Shown here in pieces: positions 1-12,209 of a stretch of 64,000 nt of DNA. Source of the stretch: Schizochytrium sp. TIO01 (taxonomy: Eukaryota > Protista > Bigyra: Labyrinthulomycetes). The stretch is from contig SMSO01000014.1 of assembly GCA_004764695.1 (NCBI GenBank), positions 7,120,029 through 7,184,028 of the forward strand, read 5' to 3'. The translations under genes were made by a program, and so were the position numbers. The notes beneath the pieces were generated by a model, which was not told the origin of the DNA, did no database searches, and saw nothing but the letters and a program-made list of their open reading frames with translations. Every line of letters begins with the position of its first letter. The stretch's first letter is position 1.

Positions 1-1949
1 TACGCAACAGCTTGGCGAATTTACTGTAAAACGCTTAGAACTGTTGCTTCATTTTCAAGCCTGTAATTCATCATTTCACATAAACTGAGAAAGCCAGGCT
101 TGTGTTTCTCAAGTCTACCATATCATTGATTACGAACTAGCTTGAACTAGACCTTGCTTTGCAAGCTTGGTATCGTTTTTCAATTGCGCAGAGGTCGACT
201 GAGTGATTGTTTTGGCTTGCACTTTGAACTAAGTTTTTCTGTGTCTTTCTTCAATTTAAAAATGCAGAATTTGCCCATGACTACTGGGAGTGTACAGAGA
301 GTTGTCCACACAAGTAGGCGTGCGCCAGATTAGCGAATTTTATCATTAAAAGTCTACTCTCTGTGGCGACATATGATGGATACCATGTTTTGGGGCACAT
401 TTCAGTTCATGTCTCTAACCAAGGTCGTCAAGAGGTTAAATGTTACACAAAGCATGGAGACAAATTTGATCAAAATCCGGCGACAGGACAGGATTCTTCT
501 TAGAATGCCATGGTGAAAACAACATGTTCTACCTTGAAACTTCTTCGAAGTTATTTACTCGTTTCTCATCGATACATATGATATCATGATGATCATTAGC
601 CATTCCACGTGGCCTGCAAAAGATCTTGGAGTAGCTGCATGAAGACCACAATAAGCATGGGTGCTTGAAAGGTATTGGTTCGACACCCCAAAGTGGCAGT
701 CAAGAACGATGTAAATTAACGTGATTTTGCGCTTGCTATCAAGCCAACTCCGACGACCTATAGCAGGAATCTTGCTACGATCAAGATGAAATCTTCAAAC
801 ATTGTGCGTTGAGCTGATATTCTCCTCATTGGATAGAGCAGATTAGCTTGTGTAGGGTAGCGTTCAGAGGTAGTGTCACAAGAGGGTGAATTCTGACAAT
901 GCGATGAAGTAAGACCTGTTGAAGAAAATGAAGGAGACATTCTGCATATAGGGGTTTTAGATACAGGGAGGGTGAATGCACAGGCAGTGTCGAACGAAAA
1001 GGTTAGGCATACTTAGGTTTGGGGAAGACACCTAGCTGGGTATTACTTCAATATTGGAATACGATTTGGTCACTGTCTGTCTAAAGGTCAAGTAGAAGAG
1101 TGTCATCTAGAGTACCTAGCCGAACGGTTGACGAATACGAGAAAGGCTTGCGATACTACGCAAACGACAGATCCTGTCAATACTGACAGAAATTTGATCC
1201 TTTTTCTTTAAAATCAATATTGAATTGGACTTGTGGTTCTTCTTCGCACACTAGAGCAAAGTTTGGTGCTAAATTAAGGGGGGTTCTGAGGCACAATGCG
1301 ATGACGTCATGTTTGGTCTGCAGCTGAAAATCAAGCCGTAACGTCCTGCCAATAACATGATGTAGAAGCACGGCATTGCATTGCAAACATCAAAGAGATA
1401 AACAGCAAGGTGTAGCGTGCCCATATCGAGAACGACAAGACACGAGTATACTCGCTAAGTATACCTATTCAAATGGTCATCCAAGATTTGATAATCCTGC
1501 TACCAGCACAAACGCTTAGTTAGTAAATTAAATTAAATTGAAATGAAAGTTTCTCCCCTCATTCCCATGTAACAACATCTTGCAAAAAGAAAAATTACTG
1601 AGAGAGCACAGGGTTTTACATCTGCCAAACCTTTTCCCCTTGATTCTCTATTTACTGATATCTTTGTACACAGCGATGCAGGCAAACCATTGCAAAGTAT
1701 ATGATTAAAATGCGCAACACCCAGCACGTTTTGGTTTCCTTGAATTGGTCGCTTCTCCTTTATTCTCATGTCCTGGTGGCCCTTCGTAACCATTTGCACC
1801 ACATTCACTAGCATCGACGCCCTGGCGATGCTCTGTACGTTTTAGTTCGTAGACAAGTGCCCGGTCGCAAGGTGTCTGTGTCTTCACCGTGTTTGCGACA
1901 TTAAGCTCGTACCTACTACTTCTGTAACTTGCAAACTGGAGAGAAGAGG

Positions 1950-2965
1950 GTAACGAATTCGCCTTGAGGTGAATTCATCTTGAGGTGAATTCATGGAAGT
2001 CATCTCAGACGATTGGTAGGTCACTACATATAACTTACAGACTGACCCTCTAAGATATATTAAGAACAGGATGGAGGGGGTTAGCGAATTCGCCTTGAGG
2101 TGAATTCATCTTAAGGTGAATTCATGGAAGTCGTCTCAGGTCACTATATATAACTTACAGACTGACCCTCTAAGATATATTAAGAACAGGATGGAGGGGG
2201 GTAAGCGAATTCGCCTTGAGGTGAATTCATCTTGAGGTGAATTCATCTTGAGGTGAATTCATCTTCAGGTGAATTCATGGAAGTCGTCTCAGACGATTGG
2301 TAGGTCACTACATATAACTTACAGACTGACCCTCTAAGATATACTAAGAACAGGATGGAGGGGGGTAAGCGAATTCGCCTTGAGGTGAATTCATCTTAAG
2401 GTGAATTCATGGAAGTCGTCTCAGGTCACTATATATAACTTACAGACTGACCCTCTAAGATATATTAAGAACAGGATGGAGGGGGGTAAGCGAATTCGCC
2501 TTGAGGTGAATTCATCTTGAGGTGAATTCATCTTGAGGTGAATTCATCTTCAGGTGAATTCATGGAAGTCGTCTCAGACGATTGGTAGGTCACTACATAT
2601 AACTTACAGACTGACCCTCTAAGATATACTAAGAACAGGATGGAGGGGGGTAAGCGAATTCGCCTTGAGGTGAATTCATCTTAAGGTGAATTCATGGAAG
2701 TCGTCTCAGGTCACTATATATAACTTACAGACTGACCCTCTAAGATATATTAAGAACAGGATGGAGGGGGGTTAGCGAATTCGCCTTGAGGTGAATTCAT
2801 CTTGAGGTGAATTCATCTTGAGGTGAATTCATGGAAGTCGTCTCAGACGATTGGTAGGCCACCATATATAACTTACAGACTGACCCTCTAAGATATACTA
2901 AGAACAGGATGGAGGGGGGTAAGCGAATTCGCCTTGAGGTGAATTCGCCTTGAGGTGAATTCATC
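1950..2965. repeat. Higher-order tandem repeat: alternating ~121-bp and ~164-bp units (285-bp dimer) built from a variable number of 16-bp CTTGAGGTGAATTCAT sub-repeats
   Basis: Unit starts (GCGAATTCGCC) at ~1954, 2084, 2205, 2369, 2490, 2654, 2775 and 2923. Long units carry 3-4 16-mers plus the insert ACGATTGGTAG; short units carry 2 16-mers and no insert. A degenerate extra copy lies at ~3190-3275. Confidence 0.95.
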
Positions 2966-3583
2966 ACCCAAGTCTTTCCCTGTGTTGGATGAATATTCTA
3001 CAAGTTAATGGTGGTGGCAGATAATTTTACCATGAGACTTACAAACGAATCACCGAAAGGCAAGGAAATAGTCGTGAGGTTGGGCTGTTTCCTGATGAAC
3101 TCACTTCATAACGAGTTCGCTATCTCTATATGTTATTCCACGAGTCTTCGATGAAATATATAACTCTTAGGCTAACCCTTTGGGGGCCCTAACTTATAAT
3201 CTGACCCTCTACGATATATAAAGAACAGGCGGGAGGGGGGGGGTAATGAAGTCACTCAATAGCGAATTCGCCTCTAGATAAGTTCCTCTCTCATCTACTA
3301 CTGTTATTCGTAGTAGTCAGCTAAGCACTAATACTAATACTGACCCTGGTAGGAAGCTGGACGACAACCTGAGAGCCTTGGAAAAGCAAACCTGTAACAC
3401 TCCGTAAACAGAAAAAAAAAATCTAAAGAGATTCTAAATCCAAAACAGAAGTTGGAATAGGCTCCAGAACCGATACTCACGAGGTATCTTCAAAGCATAC
3501 GCCACGCCAAGTAAAGCAAGTAAAGCCGCTTGGTAGACAGAGATATTATAGGCGCATATAGAAGATCAGCAGCTCCAATTCAA

Positions 3584-5404
3584 ATGTCAAATTTGGCGAG
3601 GCCCTGTGGCGAATTTTACAGTGCTGATCGGCCTGCCATTCCCACTGAAAGCGAAGGAGATATCGAATTCAATGATGTTATTGACGATGACATCAACTTG
3701 GAATTTCTTCAAGAAAGTGAGCCGCTTGGAGGCCAAAGATCTACAAAAGAAGAAACATGGAACTCACCTTCTGCTACTACCTACGAGTACGGGCAACATT
3801 TAGATAAAGCTGGAGATAATCAATCTTTGGCCTTTCAAAATGACCACGAACAGCAGAACTACATGTTCGGCCAGCAAGGAGGCCTTTGGGATGAGGACCG
3901 GAATTACTCCACTGGGAATCACAATTCCTCAAGTGACGCTTCCACAATGGCTGATTTGTCTGCCATTCCCACTGAAAGCGAAGGAGATATCGAATTCAAT
4001 GATGATATTGACGATGGCATCAACTTTGAATTTCTTCAAGAAAGTGAGCCGCTTGGAGGCCAAAGATCTACAAAAGAAGAAACATGGAACTCACCTTCTG
4101 CTACTACCTACGAGTACGGGCAACATTTAGATCAAGCTGGAGATAATCTATCTGTGGCCTTTCAAAATGACCACGAACAGCAGAACTACATGCTCAGCCA
4201 GCAAGAAGGCCTGTTGAATGAGGATCGGAATTACTCCACTGGGAATCACAATTCCTCAAGTGACGCTTCCACAATGGCTGATTTGTCTGCCATTCCCACT
4301 GAAAGCGAAGGAGATATCGAATTCAATGATGATATTGACGATGACATCAACTTTGAATTTCTTCAAGAAAGTGAGCCGCTTGGAGGCCAAAGATCTACAA
4401 AAGAAGAAACATGGAACTCACCTTCTGCTACTACCTACGAGTACGGGCAACATTTAGATAAAGCTGGAGATAATCAATTTGCGGCCTTTCAAAATGACCA
4501 CGAACAGCAGAACTACATGCTCGGCCAGCAAGAAGGCCTTTTGGATGAGGATCGGAATTACTCCACTGGGAATCACAATTCCTCAAGTGACGCTTCCTCA
4601 ATGGCAGACAATAGTCAGCGTGACCTTGGTTTCCACGATTTACCCCCCGATCATCAAGATTTCTCTCACAACAACGACCAAATGGAAGAACCGGCTGTTC
4701 ATGTAGATTCTCAAGAGCGCTCTCAGGATCATGAGGAGGATCAAAACACCCAAAGCCTCGAGAGTGAACGTGAAGTTTTCGAGGCCAGCGGACACCATGC
4801 AGAGGTGCAAAACAATCAAAAGACAGGCCCTGTCGTTGTCGAATGGCACTCTTTTCAGAACAAGATTTACCATTCATACTCCAGTTTTCGCAAGACATAT
4901 GTCATTTTGGGCTACGACAGCGAGCTGCCAAGAAGGATCATCACCAAACTAGAAGCTCGCACGTGGCAGAAGGTCAACGGGCAAAAAGAGGTGATTAACT
5001 GTTCAACAATGCTTGAATGGACTCGGAAGGACTCTACCTCGATCTACACACTCACGTCAAAGCCCACGACCAGCCAACAAACACTTTTCAAGACAACAGG
5101 CAAAAGGGCAATCTGTAGTGCGAAAGTAGTACCTGGAAATAGAATCATTCTGACATACGAATGGAAGCCCACCAACGGGTTCCTGCTTTTCCGCCCGGAG
5201 GACAAGGAAACTAACTCGTTTGGAGTCAGCTTACTCTACAGCCTCGACTCAGCAGGAACTCTTTGTGATCTTGATATCAATACCCCCCTCCATATTTTAT
5301 CAAAATTGGAGGGGACAAAGCGCAAACGGGATATCCCGGGAGATCATAGAATCGAACATGAGCAAATGCAGGAGAGAGTGAAACGTTATTGCAGAGGCGC
5401 ATAA
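3584..5404 (+). CDS. Uncharacterised protein: three 109-aa acidic repeats, then a globular beta-rich C-terminal domain and a KRKR putative NLS; possibly a transcription regulator
   Basis: Open frame 3530-5404 with first ATG at 3584 (the true start may be spliced from upstream). The repeats keep frame. The C-terminus ends TPLHILSKLEGTKRKR. Confidence 0.7.
   Translation: MSNLARPCGEFYSADRPAIPTESEGDIEFNDVIDDDINLEFLQESEPLGGQRSTKEETWNSPSATTYEYGQHLDKAGDNQSLAFQNDHEQQNYMFGQQGGLWDEDRNYSTGNHNSSSDASTMADLSAIPTESEGDIEFNDDIDDGINFEFLQESEPLGGQRSTKEETWNSPSATTYEYGQHLDQAGDNLSVAFQNDHEQQNYMLSQQEGLLNEDRNYSTGNHNSSSDASTMADLSAIPTESEGDIEFNDDIDDDINFEFLQESEPLGGQRSTKEETWNSPSATTYEYGQHLDKAGDNQFAAFQNDHEQQNYMLGQQEGLLDEDRNYSTGNHNSSSDASSMADNSQRDLGFHDLPPDHQDFSHNNDQMEEPAVHVDSQERSQDHEEDQNTQSLESEREVFEASGHHAEVQNNQKTGPVVVEWHSFQNKIYHSYSSFRKTYVILGYDSELPRRIITKLEARTWQKVNGQKEVINCSTMLEWTRKDSTSIYTLTSKPTTSQQTLFKTTGKRAICSAKVVPGNRIILTYEWKPTNGFLLFRPEDKETNSFGVSLLYSLDSAGTLCDLDINTPLHILSKLEGTKRKRDIPGDHRIEHEQMQERVKRYCRGA
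3634..4608 (+). repeat. Intragenic 327-bp tandem repeat x3
   Basis: TGCCATTCCCACTGAAAGCG recurs at 3634, 3961 and 4288; the copies are near-identical. Confidence 0.95.
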
Positions 5405-5556
5405 CTTTACGCAAAAACAAAGAATCTAGCCGAAAACTAAAAGATAAATGAAATGCAATATTTTTGAACAAGAAATCATATTTTAACGAATATCAATCAT
5501 CGATATAGTTCAAGATAGTAGGATTAATTTCTTGAGGGGGGTTCCTTACTTTATTT

Positions 5557-5597
5557 AATCAATCAATATATCAATCAATATATCAATTTATCAATAT

Positions 5598-5648
<51 letters not shown>

Positions 5649-5733
5649 TATCAATCAATCAATATATCAATATATCAATATATCAATCAATCACTATATA
5701 TCAAACAAACAAACAAACAAACAAACAAACAAA
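5557..5733. repeat. (ATCA)n/(ATATCA)n microsatellite followed by (AAAC)n
   Basis: Directly visible simple repeats. Confidence 0.9.
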
Positions 5734-6144
5734 TGCATATACTCTACCCGCATCTAGTCAAGACCACACAAGCAACAGGTGCAATACGAAAGAAGACGTT
5801 CGGAAAGGTCCCAAGATACGATTGGACGGGCCAAAAGTCTTCTTACATGTCGGACATATGTTTCATTAGATTCTACTACTAAAGATAGAGGACTCTTCGA
5901 CGCTGTCAGAAGCAGCATGCAAAGGCAATATGCGCAAAAGTAGTATGGCTCTACAATGGAAGGGTTCAGTTCTGCTCACGTGTAGTAGAGTCTCTTTTTT
6001 AGATATACACTAGTGTGTTTAGTTTATCTCCTTCTTCAACGTTGGTGTTTGCAAATACACTTGAAAGCAAACCTTGATCCCGGAGGACCTCTGGTTTATA
6101 GATGCAAGAGACGTTCAAGAGAAGACGAAGAAGCATCCAAAACT

Positions 6145-7068
6145 ATGACCTCGACAGCAGCGACTCCGATTGACTGGAAGTCCGCGTTTCGTGGTGATCT
6201 GTATGACGGTCAAGCTGGCGTTGTGACGGGCGGCGGAACTGGCATTGGTTACTCGATCGCGTATGAGCTTCTCACATTGGGAGCTCGAGTACTAATCACA
6301 TCTCGCAAAGAAGATCGCCTCAAAGAAGCCGTAGATGAATTAGTTAAGATCTTTCCTGCGGATAGAGTAGCCTTTATTGCTTGTGATATACGAAAAGATG
6401 ATGAAGTAGAAGCGATGATTTCCAAGACTATTAAATGCTTTGGGCGTCTTAATTTCGTCGTGAACTGTGCAGGTGGCCAATATCCAGCCCCGGCCTCAGC
6501 AATTACCACGAAAGGCTTTCGAACAGTCGTGGACCTCAATCTTAATGGAACATTTGCGGTATGCCGTGAGGCCTTTGACCAGTACATGTTTGATCATGGA
6601 GGCAACATCGTCAACATTATTGCTACTTATCACAATGGATTTCCGCATATGGCTCATACTGGAGCTGCGCGGGCAGCAGTGGCAAATTTAACTGAAACGC
6701 TTGCTTTAGAATGGGCGGCGTACGGCGTTCGTATCAATTCTGTTGCACCTGGTTACATTTATAGCGAGAGCAGCAAGCTTCACTATAAAACCAAAGGAGA
6801 CTTCCTTGGCGACGACCCTATTGCAAGAACTGCCCCATTTGTACCTTGCAAGCGAATTGGAAGCACCCAAGAGGTAGCGTCGTGTGTAAGTTTCCTTCTC
6901 AGCCCAGCGGCATCTTACATCACTGGTACAACCTTGCGCGTAGATGGAGGCGCGACTCTGGCTGGACAAGGTGGCTACATACTTTGTGATGCTGATAACT
7001 ACCCAAGCTATGGCGAACAAGCTCCTCCCTTTACAGGCGAACCGCTGGATGCTTCATCCAAACTTTGA
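6145..7068 (+). CDS. PECR: Peroxisomal short-chain dehydrogenase/reductase (trans-2-enoyl-CoA reductase / 2,4-dienoyl-CoA reductase family)
   Basis: SDR motifs VTGGGTGIG, NCAGGQ, HTGAARA, GVRINSVAPG and YITG-TL-VDGG; C-terminal PTS1 SKL; first plausible ATG at 6145. Confidence 0.85.
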   Translation: MTSTAATPIDWKSAFRGDLYDGQAGVVTGGGTGIGYSIAYELLTLGARVLITSRKEDRLKEAVDELVKIFPADRVAFIACDIRKDDEVEAMISKTIKCFGRLNFVVNCAGGQYPAPASAITTKGFRTVVDLNLNGTFAVCREAFDQYMFDHGGNIVNIIATYHNGFPHMAHTGAARAAVANLTETLALEWAAYGVRINSVAPGYIYSESSKLHYKTKGDFLGDDPIARTAPFVPCKRIGSTQEVASCVSFLLSPAASYITGTTLRVDGGATLAGQGGYILCDADNYPSYGEQAPPFTGEPLDASSKL

Positions 7069-8800
7069 TTTTTTTGTTTGTTTGAGATCAACCTCCCTGA
7101 TGGAGCATTCTTCTCAAGAAAGTACCTCGCTTAATCTCTTTAAAGAGCGTAACTTATAACAGCATCCTCGCAGATTTGATACCAACCTGAGCTCGATATT
7201 AAGGCTGGGTTGTGTGAAATCCTGATAACAAACTACCTAGATGCTTTGTTTTTTAAATTAGCGCTTATTTTCCTTGTTTGAGAGTGTTAAGAATCCATTA
7301 GCATCATCAAGCTTTAACCTTCTCTGATGTTGCATTGTGTAACTATCTTGATCCCCGTGGTATGCCATTATACAAAATTATGTACACAGATAAGACATTG
7401 CACTTTCTATTGTATACACATTCATGATTACATGACCATGGCAGATATAAAGTTGACTGATTTTTCACAGAAATTGAAGTCTATCATGATCACACCCCAA
7501 AACTTCAGTTGGCCATTCCCTGATTCAATCTTCGCATCGTAGACTGAGTGAACACTTCCAAAGCTTAGACCGACACTTTCTGAACGACAGAATGGTGCGT
7601 GTCCAGTCCTCCCCTTATCAACTTGAATCATGTTTCTTTAGAAAATACAAAAGTAGACACTGAAAGCACAGATGCATGCTCTTGCGAACCTAACATCATA
7701 GATTACAACTAAAATAGCTGCATCAGCATCAATCATAATACAAAAGCACTACCAGCGGCATGAAGACAGCTTCAATACAGACGTATCGTAACGTCGAGTG
7801 AAGATATCCAAATCTCAGAGTCAAACCTTATCGTCTGAACCATAGGTCTTATGAATCTTTCCCATTATCAACTAAAATCTGCTGTTGCATTAAGTGTATT
7901 CAAGCATTGAAGCATGCATGTATTCATAGGTACCTCAAATATGCAACTATGAAGGAATGCCGTTTCGCAGACACACGCCACGTTGACAAGTCTTATTCGA
8001 AAATAGAAACTCAAGTCAAAGCACATAGTCTCAGTCCGTATACTTGTGTCTTGATTATTTTCTTCTCTGTCGTACGAAACACTAGCTAGCACCTACCTAT
8101 ACCTCAATAGGGACTTACCTACCTAGTTTGGGGAAAAACTCAAGGCAAAACATCTCTCATCGTGAGAGATTACGGCGTTCTAGGTGATATTCTTCCCCGC
8201 GTTGGCCACAGTACAATAAGTTGTTTTGGAGCCATCATTGTGCGTGCAGTGCTTAAAGCTAGTCAGTTTCCTAGTTCCTCTGGCAGAAGGGTGATGGAAA
8301 TTCAGTCCGTCAGTCAGTCCCTCGTTGGTCTCTTATTCATTCCTGCCCATCGCTGTTCTTAGCCAAGCTCTATCTACTCCTAAGAAGTAAGGTAGAGATT
8401 TTTATTTACTGTCAAATTTAAAAGATAAATAAAGAATAATTAATTAAGAAATCAGTGTCTAAACAATCTTTTAGAAGGGAAAAGGAGAAGGATCTTAAGC
8501 AGAAAAGCGAAGAAGGAGCAAACTTGAAGCTTTCCAAAACCCGATCGATAGGCGCGCCTCAGCGAGTCCTTCTCGCGGTAGGCAGGATCGTTAGTACTCG
8601 CGGTGCTGGATAAGGAAGGAGACAGCAGCGACCGTGCTTCGCAGTAGCAGGTGACTCGACTGCTCTTTCAGGGAGGCGAAGAGATTTTGATAATATTATT
8701 GACGCCTTGCGCAAATTCTTGCCACCACGAAGACTTGGTTCCTAGGTCTTCCGTTGAGACCTTGGGTGACAGTTCTTACAGCAAAGACAGATTGAAAAAG

Positions 8801-11197
8801 ATGGACTTGGCAGCACTTGCTCGCTTCGTAGATGAAGCGAACGTTCCTGGCCTCGCTGGCCAGCTTCAAGGCGCGCGAGTGGAGCGATTCGACGACGGGC
8901 AGTCCAACCCGACCTTCAAGGTGAGTCCGCTTCAAGGCCCTGCTGTGGTGGTGCGCAAGCGGCCAGCAGGAAAGCTCTTACCCGGAGCTCACAATGTACA
9001 GCGCGAATACAGGGTTCTTGATGTGCTTTATAAGCAGAACTTTCCAGTACCTGAACCAATCGTGTACTGCGAAGATACTGGGTTCCTAGGAACTGATTTC
9101 TACATAATGCGTTTTGTGGAAGGTCGTGTATTCCGAGACATGACCCTGCCTGGAGTTCCTGCTGCGGAGCGAACATCCATGTATGAGGCTCTTGTCGACG
9201 TTTTGATCAAACTTCACAGACTCGATCCAGATAAGCTGGGCCTCTCTTGGCTCACTAAGCAACGCGGAAATTATGTTTCACGACAAGTGAAAACCTGGCA
9301 CCGTAATTATGTAGAAAGTGCTCTGCGAGGTACGGATGACGATGCGAAAGACCGTGTCACGGAGCAGCTGATGCATCGTGTTCGAAAGTGGCTCGACACA
9401 CGAATCCAACCTGAGACACGTACGTGTCTTGTTCATGGTGACTTCAAGTTGGATAATGTCATCTTTCACCCCACCAAGCCCGAAATTCTTGCTGTTTTGG
9501 ACTGGGAGATTGTCACCCTTGGGGATCCTCTCGCAGACCTCGCATATTGTTTCACATCTTTCCATGCGATTGGTCTCCGAGGCCTTGTGCAAGGTCCATT
9601 CTTGCGCGACGGTTCTTTGGCCAAGGGCATTCCTCCTTTCGAGGCCTTGGTCTGGCGCTACTGTCAAAGGAGTCCGGACTACTCCTACCCTCTACAAACC
9701 ATGCAAGTATATAACACCTATGCTCGCTTCCGCGTAACTTGTATTCTGGGTGGCATTCGTGGCCGCTTCCTCCGTGGTAATGCGGCATCCTCATCTGCAG
9801 CGAATTTTACCGCTGAGCTTATTTTCTCTTTAGCACGAAACTCTGCTTTGACCGCTGGCTTGGCTGGGGTACCTGAGACAGTCGAAGATGCTATCAAGTT
9901 TGAGGCCAATGAACTTGGCACTCATGAACTCCCACCGCCAGCTTCACCCCGTGCAGTCGCATTGCTCAAACGGCTTAGTAAGTTTATGGATGACTACATT
10001 TACCCCGCCGAACCGGTATATGAGCAGCAAATGGCTCAGTTCCGTAAGGAAGGTAATCCATGGCAAATTCCTCCTATTGTAGAAGAACTGAAGGCACGAG
10101 CAAAACTAGCTGGACTATGGAATCTCTTTCTCGAAGAGTATGGAGGAGTCACACAGGCCGAATACGCAACCATGGCTGAGATCATGGGTCGTAACCTGTG
10201 GGCAGCGGAGGTCTTCAATTGTCAGTTCCCCGACACTGGTAATATGGAGACCTTGCACCTCTTTGCAAATGAAGATCAGAAGAAAACATGGCTGGAACCC
10301 CTCAAGGATGGAAAGATTCGCAGCGCCTTTGTCATGACAGAACCCCAAGTGGCTTCTTCTGACGCGGTGAATATTTCTACGGAGATCCGCAGGCAAGGCG
10401 ACGAGTATGTAATTACGGGAAAAAAACACTGGATTTCAAATGGCGGGGACCCTCGTCTTGGAGTACTCCTTGTCCTAGGTAACACTGCAATGAATACTTC
10501 GGGAAAGCAGCTTCCGCGTCATAAACGCCATTCAGTCGTGATCGTGCCTGCAGATTCGATTGGCATTACATTTTCTAGGCCTATGACAGCCTTCAACTTT
10601 GATGATGCTCCACATGGGCACCTGGAACTTACTTTGGATAGTGTTCGCGTTCCTGTGGCGAATCTTCTCTATGAAGAGGGCACTGGCTTTGAGATTGCCC
10701 AAGCACGTCTTGGCCCAGGCCGCATTCACCACTGCATGCGCACAATTGGTCTCGCCGAGCGCTCTCTGGAACTCCTCCTGGATCGTGCTCTTTCACGCAG
10801 CGCCTTTGGATCGACGCTTTCTGCTATGGGTACAATTCGAAAGGACATTGCAGATTGCCGGATTGCCATTGACCAAACGCGTCTTTTAACTTTGCGTGCT
10901 GCTCACGCGATAGACGCTCTAGGGTCCAAGGCTGCAAGAAAATATATCTCGATGATCAAGGTTGAGGCCCCGCGCATGGCATTAGAAGTCATGGATAAGG
11001 CGATGCAGGTCCATGGTGGTATTGGTGTTTCATATCAATTCCCACTTGCTTCATACTACGCACGTACCCGAACTGTACGGTATATGGATGGGCCCGACGA
11101 AGTCCATCGCGAAACAATTGCTAAGCTTGAGCTTCGCGCACATGAAAGCAAAAACATTCGTCAGCAACCTATCGTTGCTTCTCCAAGCAAACTTTAA
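8801..11197 (+). CDS. ACAD11: Acyl-CoA dehydrogenase 10/11-type protein (APH/kinase-like domain fused to ACAD), peroxisomal
   Basis: N-terminal [15 protein letters not shown] and VLDWE...[10 protein letters not shown]-terminal [32 protein letters not shown] and DGPDEVH. Ends SKL. Confidence 0.92.
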   Translation: MDLAALARFVDEANVPGLAGQLQGARVERFDDGQSNPTFKVSPLQGPAVVVRKRPAGKLLPGAHNVQREYRVLDVLYKQNFPVPEPIVYCEDTGFLGTDFYIMRFVEGRVFRDMTLPGVPAAERTSMYEALVDVLIKLHRLDPDKLGLSWLTKQRGNYVSRQVKTWHRNYVESALRGTDDDAKDRVTEQLMHRVRKWLDTRIQPETRTCLVHGDFKLDNVIFHPTKPEILAVLDWEIVTLGDPLADLAYCFTSFHAIGLRGLVQGPFLRDGSLAKGIPPFEALVWRYCQRSPDYSYPLQTMQVYNTYARFRVTCILGGIRGRFLRGNAASSSAANFTAELIFSLARNSALTAGLAGVPETVEDAIKFEANELGTHELPPPASPRAVALLKRLSKFMDDYIYPAEPVYEQQMAQFRKEGNPWQIPPIVEELKARAKLAGLWNLFLEEYGGVTQAEYATMAEIMGRNLWAAEVFNCQFPDTGNMETLHLFANEDQKKTWLEPLKDGKIRSAFVMTEPQVASSDAVNISTEIRRQGDEYVITGKKHWISNGGDPRLGVLLVLGNTAMNTSGKQLPRHKRHSVVIVPADSIGITFSRPMTAFNFDDAPHGHLELTLDSVRVPVANLLYEEGTGFEIAQARLGPGRIHHCMRTIGLAERSLELLLDRALSRSAFGSTLSAMGTIRKDIADCRIAIDQTRLLTLRAAHAIDALGSKAARKYISMIKVEAPRMALEVMDKAMQVHGGIGVSYQFPLASYYARTRTVRYMDGPDEVHRETIAKLELRAHESKNIRQQPIVASPSKL

Positions 11198-12209
11198 TAT
11201 TATCGTAATCCTAATTATTCGACAATTTGGTTAAGCTACCTATGCTAGTTATGTGACTCTGCCCAACTACAACAGCTTCCTAAAGCCATTTTTATTATTC
11301 CCCATTTTTACTTTTTGTGTGTTGAGTTCATTTTCTTCTCCGGACCTTGAAAGCATTTCTTCCCAGATCTGGCTATATGATTTTTCAGGCATTTATATTA
11401 TTTGAACCGTCATTTTTGTCAATAGCCTCTCATTCTCCACGTTTATCCAGTTAAAATGTCAGGATTGATTACCACATTTGACCACTTTATCTTAATCTTT
11501 GGGAATAAAAAAATAAAAAAAATTATAGCTAGCGATTCAAACATTATATAAAATTTGTCAGATCACTAGCTACAATTACGCCCAACATTCATTGTGTTGC
11601 GTTCTAATGGAAACCTTGAGTTGAGTATAAGAAACAACTTGTACTTAACCCTCACAGAGCCAACGAAGAATATATATATATATATATTTAAGCAAAGGTT
11701 ATATTTTTAAAGGCTAGCATTGTCTCCTTATATAGGATTTGTTTGAAGAGAATGTGAAAATTGAGCAGAAAGAGAAATCGCTGATTTTCGTTCATCAACA
11801 CTTATTGCAGTACGATTAAGAACTTCCTTTATATAAAAGGCGACATAATATAACCAGGGACATCCTACTTGTTGCTATGATCTCTCAATTCATCTTCTTG
11901 ATGTGTAAATACTTTTCTGGTGTATTTACTTCTCTATTTGATTGAATGTTTTCGATTCTAATTTGGCATATTTCACCTGCCTTGCAACCACTTCTTCAAT
12001 ATACGATAGATTGCATCTCAAAGTAGTAGAGACGACGTGGCACTATCAAAGTCGCAAATGCAAAATTAAAGGTGACTATTGCACAGAGAACATAATTTGC
12101 ACTCTGCATATTAACTAAGGTTTCTTTGGTGTATTACATTCCTTCTTGTGGTTATCCATAATATTTATCTAGGAACGTAGATGGAAGTTCTTACGTGTGA
12201 TAAGTTACC

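Noticed and set aside
1533-1814. GNAT-like motif (SVNRESRGKGLA) in a short minus-strand ORF
   Set aside because: A single short motif with no supporting domain context; at best a decayed fragment.
1950-2965. CRISPR array or heat-shock-element array
   Set aside because: There are no unique spacers, and GAATTC lacks the nGAAnnTTCn spacing of heat-shock elements.
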